From: Tubiluchus corallicola
Lineage: Eukaryota; Animalia; Priapulida
Assembly (NCBI GenBank): GCA_030141605.1
Contig: JAQGDQ010002398.1
Coordinates: 61,107-95,584, forward strand
Reading direction: 5' to 3'
Length of the DNA: 34,478 bases
Under the pieces are notes generated by a model. It searched no databases. It was not told where the DNA came from and saw nothing but the letters and a program-made list of their open reading frames with translations. Positions 18,093-28,885 of the stretch are shown in pieces; position 1 is the first letter of the stretch; every line of letters begins with the position of its first letter. A program made the position numbers and the translations under genes.

Positions 18093-20195
18093 GTGCGAAA
18101 AAGAAAAAAAACATCACAAAAAGTCAAATCCAATACTTTTGAATTAAAAGTTTTACGATTAATATCAGAAAAAGGCTTTTCAACACAAAAGATATTAGAA
18201 TCCCTAAACATAATTTCAAAGCAAGAGCAAAAGAAAGTAAAGCGGATAGTAAGGGACTACCGCAAAAAACAGAAAGAAGTTGCTCCTCCCACAAGCAATG
18301 ACCAGCAAAATACATTTGTTGGCACGGTAGATTTTGTTAACCCTCGTTATGCCTATATAGTAATGGAGGAAGGCAAAGATATTTTTGTTAGAAAGGAGAG
18401 GCTTTTAGGGGCTTTTGATGGCGATACTGTAAAGGTTTCCCTGTTAAAAAAAAGAACGGGGAAAAAAGAAGGTAAGGTAATAGAGATTGTTAAGCGAGCA
18501 AGAAAACAGTTTGTAGGACGATTAGCAATGGTACGACAATTTGCGTTTGTTACTCCTGATTCTAAAAAATATCATAATGACTTTTTTATTCCTTCTGATA
18601 AGTTAAATGGAGCAAAGCATAATGACAAGGTGTTAATAAAATTTTTAGAATGGGATTTTACAGACAAAAATCCTACTGCTCAGATTGTTAGAGTGTTAGG
18701 ACAAACAGGAGAGCATAACACAGAAATGCATGCTATCATACTAGAGTATGGTTTTTCAATAGACTTTCCTTCTCAGGTGTTGAACGAAGCAGAGCTTATT
18801 GATGGGAAAATACCTGAGCATGAAGTTGCAAAGCGAAAAGATTTTAGAGATATTACCACATTTACTATTGATCCAGATGATGCGAAAGACTTTGATGATG
18901 CACTGTCGGTTAGGAAATTAAGTGATGGATTGTTCGAAATAGGAATACATATTGCAGATGTAACGCATTATGTAGCGCCTAAAACAAAATTAGAAGAAGA
19001 AGCCTACAGCAGAGCAACTTCCGTTTATCTTGTTGATAGAACGGTACATATGCTTCCTAAAAAACTTTCGAATAATGTCTGTTCTTTGCGCCCCAATGAA
19101 GATAAATTGACCTTTTCGGCTGTCTTTGAAATAGACCAGCATGCTAATGTGATATCCAAGTGGTTTGGTAAGACAATAATATGCTCCAATCGGAGGTTTA
19201 CCTATGATGAAGCACAAAAATGTTTAGATACCCAAGAAGGGAAGTTCGCAAATGAGTTGAAAACCCTTAATGATATTGCTAAACAATTAAAAAGCAGACG
19301 GTTTGAAGAAGGAAGTATTGATTTTGAAAGTGTAGAGATAAAGTTTGAACTTGATGCCAAAGGAGTGCCTTTGAGTATAAATCCAAAAGCAAGGAAAGAT
19401 GCTCATAAATTGGTTGAAGAATTTATGCTTTTGGCAAATAAAAAGGTAGCGGAGTATATTTATGAAAAAAATAATAAACAGCCAGATAAGAATTTTGTAT
19501 ATAGAGTTCATGAACTACCTGATGAAGATAAGATTAAAGTATTAATGCTATTTGTCAACAAATTTGGGTATCAACTAAAAATACGAAAAGACAACGTAAA
19601 AAGTGAACTCAACAACTTGACAAAGCAGATAGAGGGCAAACCAGAACAGAATATATTAGAAAATTTAGCTATCCGCTCTATGGCAAAAGCAAAATACTCT
19701 AATGACAATGTAGGCCATTTTGGGTTGGGATTTAGTCATTATACTCACTTTACGTCTCCAATAAGGCGCTATCCCGACATGATGGTTCATAGAATGTTGG
19801 AAGAGCATTTGAAAGGAAGTAAAAGTAAAAAAATAGAAACGCTCAAACGAAAATGTTTGTGGGCATCAGAAAGAGAAAAATTTGCGGCAACTGCAGAGCG
19901 TTCTTCTATCAAATATAAGCAGGTAGAGTATATTAAAAACTCCTCTGTGAAGGAATATGAGGGAGTTATTTCTAGTTTAACGGATTGGGGAATGTATGTA
20001 GAGCTTTTGGGAACGTATTGCGAAGGGATGCTTAGAATAGGTGACTTGAAAGATGACTACTATTATTTTGACGCAAAAAGCTATAGTGTGATAGGAAAAA
20101 ACAACAAAAAAACATATACCTTAGGAGATAAAGTGCATGTGTGTGTAATCAATGCAGATGTTGGAGCTAGGCAAATAGACTTGGAACTTATATAA
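18093..20195 (+). CDS. rnr: Ribonuclease R
   Basis: TIDPDDAKDFDDA catalytic motif, HIADV, EEFMLLAN, YTHFTSPIRRYPD, cold-shock and S1 domains. Confidence 0.96.
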   Translation: MRKRKKTSQKVKSNTFELKVLRLISEKGFSTQKILESLNIISKQEQKKVKRIVRDYRKKQKEVAPPTSNDQQNTFVGTVDFVNPRYAYIVMEEGKDIFVRKERLLGAFDGDTVKVSLLKKRTGKKEGKVIEIVKRARKQFVGRLAMVRQFAFVTPDSKKYHNDFFIPSDKLNGAKHNDKVLIKFLEWDFTDKNPTAQIVRVLGQTGEHNTEMHAIILEYGFSIDFPSQVLNEAELIDGKIPEHEVAKRKDFRDITTFTIDPDDAKDFDDALSVRKLSDGLFEIGIHIADVTHYVAPKTKLEEEAYSRATSVYLVDRTVHMLPKKLSNNVCSLRPNEDKLTFSAVFEIDQHANVISKWFGKTIICSNRRFTYDEAQKCLDTQEGKFANELKTLNDIAKQLKSRRFEEGSIDFESVEIKFELDAKGVPLSINPKARKDAHKLVEEFMLLANKKVAEYIYEKNNKQPDKNFVYRVHELPDEDKIKVLMLFVNKFGYQLKIRKDNVKSELNNLTKQIEGKPEQNILENLAIRSMAKAKYSNDNVGHFGLGFSHYTHFTSPIRRYPDMMVHRMLEEHLKGSKSKKIETLKRKCLWASEREKFAATAERSSIKYKQVEYIKNSSVKEYEGVISSLTDWGMYVELLGTYCEGMLRIGDLKDDYYYFDAKSYSVIGKNNKKTYTLGDKVHVCVINADVGARQIDLELI

Positions 20196-20232
20196 AAATA
20201 ATTAGTTGACAAATATTTAAATATAAAAGAAT

Positions 20233-21303
20233 ATGGAATATAAAATAGCTGTTTTGAGTGGAGATGGCATAGGTCCTGAGATTGTAGAACAAGCCATAAA
20301 AACACTTAAAGTTGTAGCACAAAAATATAATCATACATTTCATTTTCAACATGCACTGGTGGGAGCGTGTGCTATAGATGAAACAGGCAACCCTTTTCCA
20401 GAGGAGACCTTTCACGTTTGTAAGAATTCTGATGCCGTATTATTTGGTGCAATAGGTGCTCCAAAATATGATAATGATCCTAAGGCAAAGGTACGTCCTG
20501 AGCAAGGTTTGCTCGAAATGAGAAAAAAACTGGGATTATATGCCAATATTAGACCTGTAACGGTTTTTCCCACGTTATTAGATAAGTCACCATTAAAAAC
20601 TGAAATAGTAAAAGACGTAGATATTGTAATAATTCGAGAGCTTACAGGAGGAATATACTTTGGAGAACCAAGAGGAAGAACAGAAAATGGAAAGAAGGCA
20701 TTTGACACCTGTGTATATACGCAAGAAGAAATAAAAAGAATAACTAAATTGGCGTGTGAGTATGCAAAAAAACGCAAGAAAAAAGTCACAGTAGTAGATA
20801 AAGCTAATGTATTGGCGACTTCAAGATTGTGGAGGGAGACAGTGCAAGACATGGCAAAAGATTTCTCTCATATAGACATAGATTATATGTTTGTAGACAA
20901 TGCTGCAATGCAACTTATACAATTTCCCCAAAAGTTTGATGTTTTAGTAACAGAAAATATGTTTGGTGATATACTATCAGATGAAGCTAGCGTCATTACT
21001 GGATCGTTGGGCTTATTACCATCGGCATCTGTAGGGGAGTACACGTCTGTATTTGAACCAATACATGGTTCTTACCCGCAAGCAACAGGGAAAAATATAG
21101 CCAATCCTTTGGGTACTATTTTGTCTGCGGCATTGTTACTTGAAATCTCTCTTAACATGCAAAAAGAAGCCAATGCTATACGCTATGCAGTTTTAGAGTC
21201 TATGAAACAAGGTATTGTGACGGAAGATATTTCCAAAAAAGGCGAAAGAAGTTATAAAACATCAGAAATTGGTGATTGGATAGCAAAAAACATAAAGGGG
21301 TAA
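20233..21303 (+). CDS. leuB: 3-isopropylmalate dehydrogenase
   Basis: GDGIGPE, VRPEQGLL, RELTGGIYFG, VDKANVL, NMFGDILSDEAS and FEPIHGS motifs. Confidence 0.96.
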   Translation: MEYKIAVLSGDGIGPEIVEQAIKTLKVVAQKYNHTFHFQHALVGACAIDETGNPFPEETFHVCKNSDAVLFGAIGAPKYDNDPKAKVRPEQGLLEMRKKLGLYANIRPVTVFPTLLDKSPLKTEIVKDVDIVIIRELTGGIYFGEPRGRTENGKKAFDTCVYTQEEIKRITKLACEYAKKRKKKVTVVDKANVLATSRLWRETVQDMAKDFSHIDIDYMFVDNAAMQLIQFPQKFDVLVTENMFGDILSDEASVITGSLGLLPSASVGEYTSVFEPIHGSYPQATGKNIANPLGTILSAALLLEISLNMQKEANAIRYAVLESMKQGIVTEDISKKGERSYKTSEIGDWIAKNIKG

Positions 21304-21363
21304 TGAAGCCAAAGAGAATAGGCTAGAGTTACCCCAAAGGCAAAAAGATTAGTGTCTCACTTT

Positions 21364-22341
21364 TTATTCCTTCATTTTTTTCAATTTTCCTGATCCACTT
21401 ACCTTTAACTTATCAATAGAGGGATTGCCTTTATAATGAATGCTACCTGAACCTGTTAGGGTACCATTTAATTCTTTTGTTACATGTGTGTATATGCTTC
21501 CAGATCCTGCTGTTTTGCCTGATAATGTTTCAACCTCCAGGTCTCTTGCATCCACTTTACCACTTCCTGTTATGGAGACTTTCAAGTTTTTGGCTTTGCC
21601 TGATAGTAAAATTTTTCCCGAACCGTTTGTAGAGACTGTTGTTTCATCAACGCTAATACCACTAATGGAAGAACGTCCACTTCCGACAGTATACAGTGTT
21701 AATTTTTTTCCTGATATCTCTTGTATGGTAACCTTTCCAGAGCCACTTATTGAGGTTTTAATGTCCTCATCTATAGTTGCTTTTGTAATAGTGAAATTTC
21801 CAGACCCTGCAATATCCAAATTTAATTGTTTAGCTGTTCCTTCTTGTATTATAGCCCCACCTGAGCCACTTATTGAGCCAACAATGTCTTCTTTTGCCAC
21901 TACTTGTGTAAGTAATAAACTACCCGCACCAGAAACCACAGCATTTAAACTATTGACATCAATAACTTTGTTGCAGGTTAAAGATCCACTTCCACTTACC
22001 GAAAATAGGTTTATTGTATCAGGTGAATAAATAAGTATTTTGACGTTGTTTTTATTTATTATTTTTAAGTTTTCTTTTTTACTTTTAATATATAAATTTC
22101 CCGTTGACACCTTCACACTAAGTATATTGAGCACTTCCTGTGAAGCGGATATTTCTACTACTCGTTTATCAGAAGGTATAAACTCTGCGGTAGCAGGAAA
22201 AGCCAATTTAATAGAATGGAATTCATCTGTCAACTCTATTTTTTTATCAACAAGTGATTTTTTTTGTGCATAATTTACATTAGTGAGCCCTGCAAGTATA
22301 AGGAGGGCTATTGGTATAAGGATTATCTTTTTAGCTTTCAT
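21364..22341 (-). CDS. GIN-domain (DUF2807) beta-helical secreted protein
   Basis: Signal peptide, FHSIKL start, then many (S/T/A)GSG-x-(I/V/L) repeats ending in GSGSIHYKGNP. Confidence 0.88.
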   Translation of the reverse strand: MKAKKIILIPIALLILAGLTNVNYAQKKSLVDKKIELTDEFHSIKLAFPATAEFIPSDKRVVEISASQEVLNILSVKVSTGNLYIKSKKENLKIINKNNVKILIYSPDTINLFSVSGSGSLTCNKVIDVNSLNAVVSGAGSLLLTQVVAKEDIVGSISGSGGAIIQEGTAKQLNLDIAGSGNFTITKATIDEDIKTSISGSGKVTIQEISGKKLTLYTVGSGRSSISGISVDETTVSTNGSGKILLSGKAKNLKVSITGSGKVDARDLEVETLSGKTAGSGSIYTHVTKELNGTLTGSGSIHYKGNPSIDKLKVSGSGKLKKMKE

Positions 22342-22383
22342 GACTTTTATAGATTTTAGTTTATAATATAGTTATAATGAAAT

Positions 22384-22417
22384 TAAGACATTAATACCTA
22401 TAAGACATTAATACCTA
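22384..22417. repeat. Perfect 17-bp tandem duplication
   Basis: TAAGACATTAATACCTA at 22384-22400 and 22401-22417. Confidence 0.95.
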
Positions 22418-22429
22418 TCAAAGGTTACA
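22403..22429 (-). promoter_or_regulatory. ECF-sigma-type promoter upstream of the GIN gene
   Basis: Minus strand reads TGTAAC (22429-22424), 17 nt, GTCT (22406-22403), the AAC...GTC architecture of ECF promoters. Confidence 0.6.
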
Positions 22430-22571
22430 CTAATTTAGTGATAAATTTAATAATTTTTTGCAAAAAAAACGCCAAAAATCATTCCCTTTATCAAGAAAAG
22501 AATAATTTACATAAAAGAATTAGCTTTAGAAATTAATTTAGCTATAATGTATAAAAATAATTATAAATTTC

Positions 22572-22579
22572 TATTTTTG
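22572..22579 (+). promoter_or_regulatory. -7 promoter box of the lipoprotein-surA-moxR operon
   Basis: TATTTTTG, 19 nt before ATG 22599. Confidence 0.45.
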
Positions 22580-22598
22580 TGAAAACAGTTTTGAAATT

Positions 22599-23480
22599 AT
22601 GATAAAATACGTTGTTTTGTTTGCATGTAGGCTATTCTTCTCAGTTGTCATTTTTTTAGGAATTATAAGTTGCAATAAAAAAAATAAAAATAATAGAAGC
22701 AACTTAAAGCCACTGGCCCAAGTATACGATAAGTTTTTATATCCTGATCAATTAAGCGAAACGCTATCTGAAAATGTATATTCAAAGCAAGATAGTGCTT
22801 ATATGGCAGAACGGCTTATTATGAAATGGGTAAAAAGCCAACTGATGCTTAAAAAGGCATATGAAAATTTTGACTTTGATAGAGAAGAAATAGAAGGGCT
22901 GGTAGAAGAATATAGAAACTCACTGATTATACATAGATTTAAAGAGCAATACACTAACAAGCAAGAGAGTGAGCCAATAACTCAGCAAGAAATTCAAGAA
23001 TATTATGACAATAATATTGAAAACATGAAACTCTTTCAGTTTGTTGTAAGATGTAACTTTACTGTCTTGCCATTTGATGTTCCAAATTTTAAGAATATTT
23101 CAAAAACCTTTAGATCGAACAACGAAAAAGACAAAGAAAAACTCCAAAAAATATGTGAAAAGTATTCGCACGTGGCTCACTTAAATGACTCTATATGGAT
23201 GAGTTTAGATGATGTTTTGCTTATTTTACACCTAAGCAAGGAGCAGAAAAACCAGTTTTTGAAGAAAAAAATTATAATAAAGAGCTATGATGACCTAAAG
23301 CAACACGCATTGCTAAAAATATATGAATATAAACAACCTGACGATATAGCGCCACTTGAGTTTGTTAGTAACGATATTGAAAAAATATTATTAATAAAAA
23401 AGAAAATAAGTATTATTAATAAATTTGAAAAGAAAATTTATGAAGAAGCAGAAAGTAATGGTAAAATTAAAATATTTTAA
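22599..23480 (+). CDS. Conserved Bacteroidota lipoprotein of the surA operon (PPIase/SurA-N-like)
   Basis: IISC lipobox; LAQVYDKFLY, DSAYMAERLIMKW, VEEYRNSLIIH, QEIQEYY and APLEFV patterns; usual position before surA. Confidence 0.78.
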   Translation: MIKYVVLFACRLFFSVVIFLGIISCNKKNKNNRSNLKPLAQVYDKFLYPDQLSETLSENVYSKQDSAYMAERLIMKWVKSQLMLKKAYENFDFDREEIEGLVEEYRNSLIIHRFKEQYTNKQESEPITQQEIQEYYDNNIENMKLFQFVVRCNFTVLPFDVPNFKNISKTFRSNNEKDKEKLQKICEKYSHVAHLNDSIWMSLDDVLLILHLSKEQKNQFLKKKIIIKSYDDLKQHALLKIYEYKQPDDIAPLEFVSNDIEKILLIKKKISIINKFEKKIYEEAESNGKIKIF

Positions 23481-24824
23481 ACATATATACTTGACGCTTT
23501 TGTGTGGATTAATTATAACATCCTCATTAGCACAAGACAGAGGAATTATTGTAGACAAAATAGCAGCGAAAGTTGATGATTACATTATTCTTAAATCAGA
23601 AGTAGAACTATCCTACTTAGAAGTGGTTTATAGAGGAATGTCTTTGGGACCTGAGGGGCGATGCCGTATATTAGAAAACTTAATAATGAATAAAGTAATG
23701 TTGGTAAAGGCAGATGAAGACTCTATTATGGTTGCAGACGATATTGTTGAAGCAGAATTGAGTAATAGAATGAATATAATACTAATGGAAATAGGGGGAG
23801 AGGATAAACTGATAGAAAACTCAAAAACGTAGATGAATTTAAAAACAGTGTGAGATCGCAAATAAGAGAGCAAAAAATAGTAGAAGAAGTGCAAAGAAAT
23901 ATTTTTAGTGACATTAGAGTAACTCCTTCAGAAGTGAAAAAATTTTTCAAACAAATACCTAAAGACAGCTTACCATATGTTTCTGCGCAAGTAGTCGTTG
24001 CTCAAATTGTTAGGGAAGCAAAGGCGAGTAGAAAAGAGGAGCAACGTGTACGAAACGAATTGTTAAAGCTGAGAACTAGGGCAGAAAAAGGAGATAGTTT
24101 TGAACAATTAGCAAGTGTTTATTCTGAAGATCCAGGATCGAAAAAACAGGGAGGAAATTTAGGTTTTGTAAAAAAAGGATCTATGGTGCTAGAGTTTGAA
24201 AATGAAGTTGCAAAACTAAAACCAGGAGATGTTTCTATGCCAGTAAGAACTTCTTTTGGCTACCACCTTATTCAATTAGTAGAAAGAATAGGAGAAGAAT
24301 ACAAAGCAAGGCACATATTAATATCACCAAGGTTTTCAGAAGAAGACCTTAATGAACCAAAGATTTTTTTAGATAGCATTAGAACTTTAATCCTATCCAA
24401 AGATAAGCCCAAAGACAAACAAGTTACTTTTGAATATATGGCAAGAGAACATTCGGAAGATAGACAGACTTCGTCTTCAAGTGGTTATTTTCTTAATTAT
24501 GAAGGCAGTATGAGAATGTCTGTACCAGAAATGGACGTTGACCTTTTTTTCGCATTAGATACTATGAAAGTAGGCTCTATTTCTCATCCTATAGAATTTA
24601 CATCCTCTAGCGGAAAACCTGCTGCAAGAATACTCTATTTTAAAGAAAAAATAAAGCCGCATAAAACAAACCTTGATGACGATTATCAAAAAATTCAAAC
24701 GTCAGCCATTAATGCTAAAAAAACTCGAAGAATGCAAGAATGGCTTTTATCCGCCACCGATGGGATATTCATCGAAATAGATGATGAATATCAAAAATGT
24801 AACATACTAGATAATTCAAAATGA
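23458..24824 (+). CDS. surA: SurA-like peptidyl-prolyl isomerase, split by one frameshift near 23820 (probable sequencing error)
   Basis: 5' frame gives VDKIAAKVDDYIILKSEV (stop 23832). The 3' frame continues KNVDEFKNSVRSQI...VTPSEV...YSEDPGS..QGGNLGF...TSFGYHLIQL...ARHILI. Confidence 0.87.
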
Positions 24825-25774
24825 AAGAAGTAGAGTTAGCAAATCAACTAGCAGAAGATTATAAAAAGATAAAAAAAGAGATAGCAAAACTAATTGTAGG
24901 ACAAGAAGATGTGATTCATTTTGTTATGATTTCTATTTTTTGTCAAGCTCATAGTATATTGATTGGCGTTCCGGGATTAGCCAAAACACTATTAGTTAAG
25001 GCTATAGCAAGAACATTGGATTTGCATTTTAGCAGAATTCAATTTACTCCCGATTTGATGCCGTCAGATATTTTAGGATCAGAAACACTGGACAAAGAAA
25101 GAAACATTAGATTTATAAAAGGCCCAATATTTTCTAATATTATTCTTGCAGATGAAATAAACCGTACCCCCCCTAAAACACAAGCCGCCCTGTTGGAAGC
25201 CATGCAGGAAAAAACAGTGACAATAGCAGGAAAGTTGCATAAGTTAAAAGAACCGTTTTTTGTGTTAGCAACTCAAAACCCTATAGAACACGAAGGGACT
25301 TACCCTTTGCCTGAAGCACAGCTTGACAGGTTTATGTTTAGTATACCGCTAAACTATCCCTCTTTTGAACAGGAAGTAGATATTGCAAAAAAATTTCAAA
25401 ATCAAACAGATGTAAAAATCAATAAAATTTTTTCGCAAAAACAAATATTAGACTACCAACACTTAGTAAAACAAGTACCCATTACAGATAATGTGATAAA
25501 TTATGCAGTAAGGTTGGTACATAAAACTCGCCCAGGAACGCCCACTGCTCACAGCACCGCCAATGAGTATTTAGAGTGGGGAGTAGGTCCCAGAGCTACG
25601 CAGTTTTTGGTGTTGGCAGCCAAATGCCATGCTATTTTGTTGAATAAATATTCCCCTGACATTGAGGATGTTCAGGCAGTAGCAAAATTTGTATTAAGAC
25701 ACAGAATTTTTAAAAACTTTAAGGCAGAAGCAGAAAATATAGATGTAAATACAATTATTGAAAACTTTTTGTAA
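24821..25774 (+). CDS. moxR: MoxR-family AAA+ ATPase
   Basis: GVPGLAKT, RIQFTPDLMPSD, LADEINRTPPKTQAALLEAM, ATQNPIEHEGTYPLPEAQLDRF. Confidence 0.95.
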   Translation: MKEVELANQLAEDYKKIKKEIAKLIVGQEDVIHFVMISIFCQAHSILIGVPGLAKTLLVKAIARTLDLHFSRIQFTPDLMPSDILGSETLDKERNIRFIKGPIFSNIILADEINRTPPKTQAALLEAMQEKTVTIAGKLHKLKEPFFVLATQNPIEHEGTYPLPEAQLDRFMFSIPLNYPSFEQEVDIAKKFQNQTDVKINKIFSQKQILDYQHLVKQVPITDNVINYAVRLVHKTRPGTPTAHSTANEYLEWGVGPRATQFLVLAAKCHAILLNKYSPDIEDVQAVAKFVLRHRIFKNFKAEAENIDVNTIIENFL

Positions 25775-25894
25775 TGACTACAATATCAACACTCTTTTTT
25801 ATGTTTAAAAATAAATATTTTTTATTGGTATTATATATGAAAGTTATTACTTTTACCACAGTTTTAATTAATTAATTAATTAACCAATAGTGTT

Positions 25895-27169
25895 ATGGCT
25901 TATATAGAACCGGCTCCAATAAAAAACCAACATGACCCGTTTGAATCCATGATGAAGCGATTTGATATTGCTGCAGAAATACTAGGGTTAGATGAAGAGG
26001 TTTATAATATGTTAAAAATCCCAATGAAACAAGTAATAGTTAGCCTACCTATTACTATGGACGATGGGAGAATACAGGTCTTTGAGGGGTACAGGGTGCA
26101 TCATAGCAATGTTTTAGGACCATGCAAAGGAGGAATACGATATAGCACAAGAATATATTTAAACGAAATAAAGGCATTAGCAGCATGGATGACTTGGAAG
26201 TGCGCAATAGTAGACATTCCGTATGGAGGAGCAAAAGGAGGGATAAAATGTAATCCAAAAGAAATGTCATCAGGCGAAATAGAGCGCCTGACACGATCTT
26301 ATACCCTTGCCATGCATGATGTTATAGGACAAGATACAGATATACCAGCACCAGATTTGGGGTGTGGAGAGCGAGAAATGGGGTGGATTATGGACCAGTA
26401 TTCCCGAAATAAAGGAATGACCACTCACGGAGTAGTCACAGGAAAACCTATTGTACTTGGCGGTTCGTTGGGAAGAAAAGAAGCGACGGGAAGGGGAGTT
26501 ATGGTAACAGCTTTGGCAGCCCTTGCAAAGCTAAAAATCAATCCATTTGAGTGTAAGGTTGCGGTACAAGGCTTTGGAAATGTTGGCTCTTTTGCTGCCC
26601 TATTGATGAGTGAACGAGGAGCTAAAATAGTGGCTATTAGCGATGTTACGGGAGCATACTACAATAAAAAAGGAATAGATATTGAAAAAGCCATTGCTCA
26701 TGTTGAGCAAACAAGAAGCCTTGAAGGATTTTTAGAAGCAGATAAATTATCTGACGCTGAAGACATTTTATTATTAGATGTAGATGTATTAGTACCAGCG
26801 GCGATAGAGGATGTTATTACCAGTAGCAATGCTGATAAAATCAAAGCCAAGCTTATTGTGGAAGGTGCAAATGGGCCTACCTCTGCCAATGCTGATGGTA
26901 TTATTAATGAAAAAGATATTATGGTTGTTCCGGACATATTAGCCAATGCAGGAGGTGTAACAGTATCATATTTTGAGTGGGTCCAAAATAGAATGGGATA
27001 CCGTTGGACGAAAGAAAGGGTAAATAGGCGTACGGATAGAATAATGAGAACCTCTTTTAATAATGTATACAAAATAGCTCAGAAACACAATGTCTCTCTC
27101 AGAACGGCGGCATATATGTTAGCTATTGATAAAGTAGAGAAGGCATTAAAGTATAGAGGTGTGTTTTAA
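25895..27169 (+). CDS. gdhA: Glutamate dehydrogenase (Glu/Leu/Phe/Val dehydrogenase family)
   Basis: GPCKGGIRY, MTWKC, GGAKGG, DIPAPD, ATGRG, QGFGNVG, EGANGP and NAGGVTVSYFEW motifs. Confidence 0.94.
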   Translation: MAYIEPAPIKNQHDPFESMMKRFDIAAEILGLDEEVYNMLKIPMKQVIVSLPITMDDGRIQVFEGYRVHHSNVLGPCKGGIRYSTRIYLNEIKALAAWMTWKCAIVDIPYGGAKGGIKCNPKEMSSGEIERLTRSYTLAMHDVIGQDTDIPAPDLGCGEREMGWIMDQYSRNKGMTTHGVVTGKPIVLGGSLGRKEATGRGVMVTALAALAKLKINPFECKVAVQGFGNVGSFAALLMSERGAKIVAISDVTGAYYNKKGIDIEKAIAHVEQTRSLEGFLEADKLSDAEDILLLDVDVLVPAAIEDVITSSNADKIKAKLIVEGANGPTSANADGIINEKDIMVVPDILANAGGVTVSYFEWVQNRMGYRWTKERVNRRTDRIMRTSFNNVYKIAQKHNVSLRTAAYMLAIDKVEKALKYRGVF

Positions 27170-27181
27170 ATAATAATTATT

Positions 27182-27844
27182 TTGGGTGTGAAAGTTCATA
27201 AAGAAGGAAAAAACATATTAGTAATTTTATTCTTTTTATTTTTGGTTTTGAATGTCGTTTTGTGGCGTTATGCTACAAGTAATAGTATGTTGCTCATATG
27301 CTTATTTTTTTGTGTGATTCTTTATGCCTTTTTCTTCTATTTTTTTAGAAACCCAAAACGAGTCATTGAAAAAAATGAGAAACATATTATTGCTCCTGCT
27401 GATGGAAAAATTGTAATTATTGACAAAAATATAGAAAGCGAATACTTTAATGATGAACGGATACAGGTGTCCATTTTCATGTCTCCACTAAATGTACATG
27501 TCAACCGCAACCCCATTTCTGGGATTATACGCTTTTTTGCCTATCACCCTGGAAAATATCTTGTTGCATGGCACCCTAAATCTAGCACTAAAAATGAAAG
27601 AACAACAATAGTATATCAGCTCCCTTCTGGAGTTAAAATTTTAGTACGCCAAATAGCAGGCTTTTTAGCAAGAAGAATTTGTTGGTATGTGGAAGAGGAT
27701 ATGAAGGTAGAACAGGGCAGAGAGTTTGGGTTTATTAAATTTGGATCGCGAATAGACTTGTTTTTGCCCCTTGAGACAAAAATACTTGTAGAAAAAGGAG
27801 ATATCACCAAAGGCGGGCACACTGTTTTAGCTGAATTGGAATAA
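27182..27844 (+). CDS. psd: Phosphatidylserine decarboxylase proenzyme
   Basis: FFRNP, APADGK, SIFMSPLNVHVNR, NERT, QIAG..ARRI and GFIKFGSR self-cleavage motif. Start is TTG 27182 or GTG 27188. Confidence 0.94.
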   Translation: MGVKVHKEGKNILVILFFLFLVLNVVLWRYATSNSMLLICLFFCVILYAFFFYFFRNPKRVIEKNEKHIIAPADGKIVIIDKNIESEYFNDERIQVSIFMSPLNVHVNRNPISGIIRFFAYHPGKYLVAWHPKSSTKNERTTIVYQLPSGVKILVRQIAGFLARRICWYVEEDMKVEQGREFGFIKFGSRIDLFLPLETKILVEKGDITKGGHTVLAELE

Positions 27845-27892
27845 AAAACCCTTCAAAATAAACCATATCTTTAAAGCATCATTTAGCTTACC

Positions 27893-28885
27893 ATGCAATA
27901 CTCTATAATTATTCCCTTGTACAACAGACCCAATGAAATAAGAGAATTGTTGGAAAGTTTAACACATCAAACCTTTTGTGACTTTGAAGTTATCGTGGTA
28001 GAAGACGCCTCTACGGTAACAAGCAAAAAAGTGGTGGCTCAATTTGAAAAAAAACTCAATATAAAATACTACTTTAAAAAGAAAAATGAAGGACAAGGGC
28101 AAGCGCGAAATTATGGGGCTAATAGAGTTAATGGTGAGTATATCATTTTTTTAGATTCTGACTGTATTGCTCCTAAAAAATACATGAAAGAAATAGATGA
28201 ATACCTGAAAAAAAACAGAGTAGACTGCTTTGGAGGACCTGACAAGGAGCACCCCTCATTCACCAACCTGCAAAAAAGTATTAATTACTCTATGACCTCT
28301 TTTTTTACAACAGGAGGTATAAGGGGAAGGAAAAAACGCATAAGCGCCTATTATCCAAGAAGTTTTAATATGGGAGTCTCAAAAAAAGCATATAAAGCAA
28401 TCAACGGATTTGGAAGAAGGAGAGTAGGAGAGGATATAGATTTTAGCATTAGAATACGAAAGCAGGGATTTAAAATAGGGCTTATAGAGAGAGCTTTTGT
28501 CTTTCATAAGAGGAGAACGGAAATAAAAGATTTTCTTAAACAAGTATTTTTATTTGGCAAGGCAAGAATACACCTAATACAAAAACATAGAAAAAAGGCA
28601 TTTAAGATTGTCTACATCTTTCCACCTCTATTTTTGTTATCAACAATTACCTTATTGATACTTGGCGGGGCAATGCATTGGGCATTTTTCTCTCCATTGA
28701 TTTTTTTTATTACCACTATTTTTTTGGATGCAACCATCAAAAACAAAAGCATATCCGTTGGCGGAATTTCTATCGTTACAAGCCTTATACAGTTAATAGG
28801 ATATGGAGCAGGATTTTTATGGAACTTAAAAAGTTTTTTTACAAAAAGAAAAAACGAAAAAGAGCGTTACTTTTTTCTTTTTTGA
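27893..28885 (+). CDS. Glycosyltransferase family 2 with C-terminal TM helices
   Basis: SIIIPLYNR, EVIVVED, ARNYG, FLDSD, PRSFNMG and GEDID motifs. Confidence 0.92.
   Translation: MQYSIIIPLYNRPNEIRELLESLTHQTFCDFEVIVVEDASTVTSKKVVAQFEKKLNIKYYFKKKNEGQGQARNYGANRVNGEYIIFLDSDCIAPKKYMKEIDEYLKKNRVDCFGGPDKEHPSFTNLQKSINYSMTSFFTTGGIRGRKKRISAYYPRSFNMGVSKKAYKAINGFGRRRVGEDIDFSIRIRKQGFKIGLIERAFVFHKRRTEIKDFLKQVFLFGKARIHLIQKHRKKAFKIVYIFPPLFLLSTITLLILGGAMHWAFFSPLIFFITTIFLDATIKNKSISVGGISIVTSLIQLIGYGAGFLWNLKSFFTKRKNEKERYFFLF

Noticed and set aside
21440-22273. Plus-strand ORFs of 196 and 77 aa, and other short antisense ORFs in the track
   Set aside because: Shadows of well-supported genes on the opposite strand.
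23800-23860. Programmed frameshift or true split of surA
   Set aside because: No clear slippery heptamer with a stimulator; it matches the deletion-error pattern seen elsewhere in the window.
28867-28885. 19-bp convergent overlap between the GT2 gene and folB
   Set aside because: Short 3' overlaps are common in compact genomes; no further signal.
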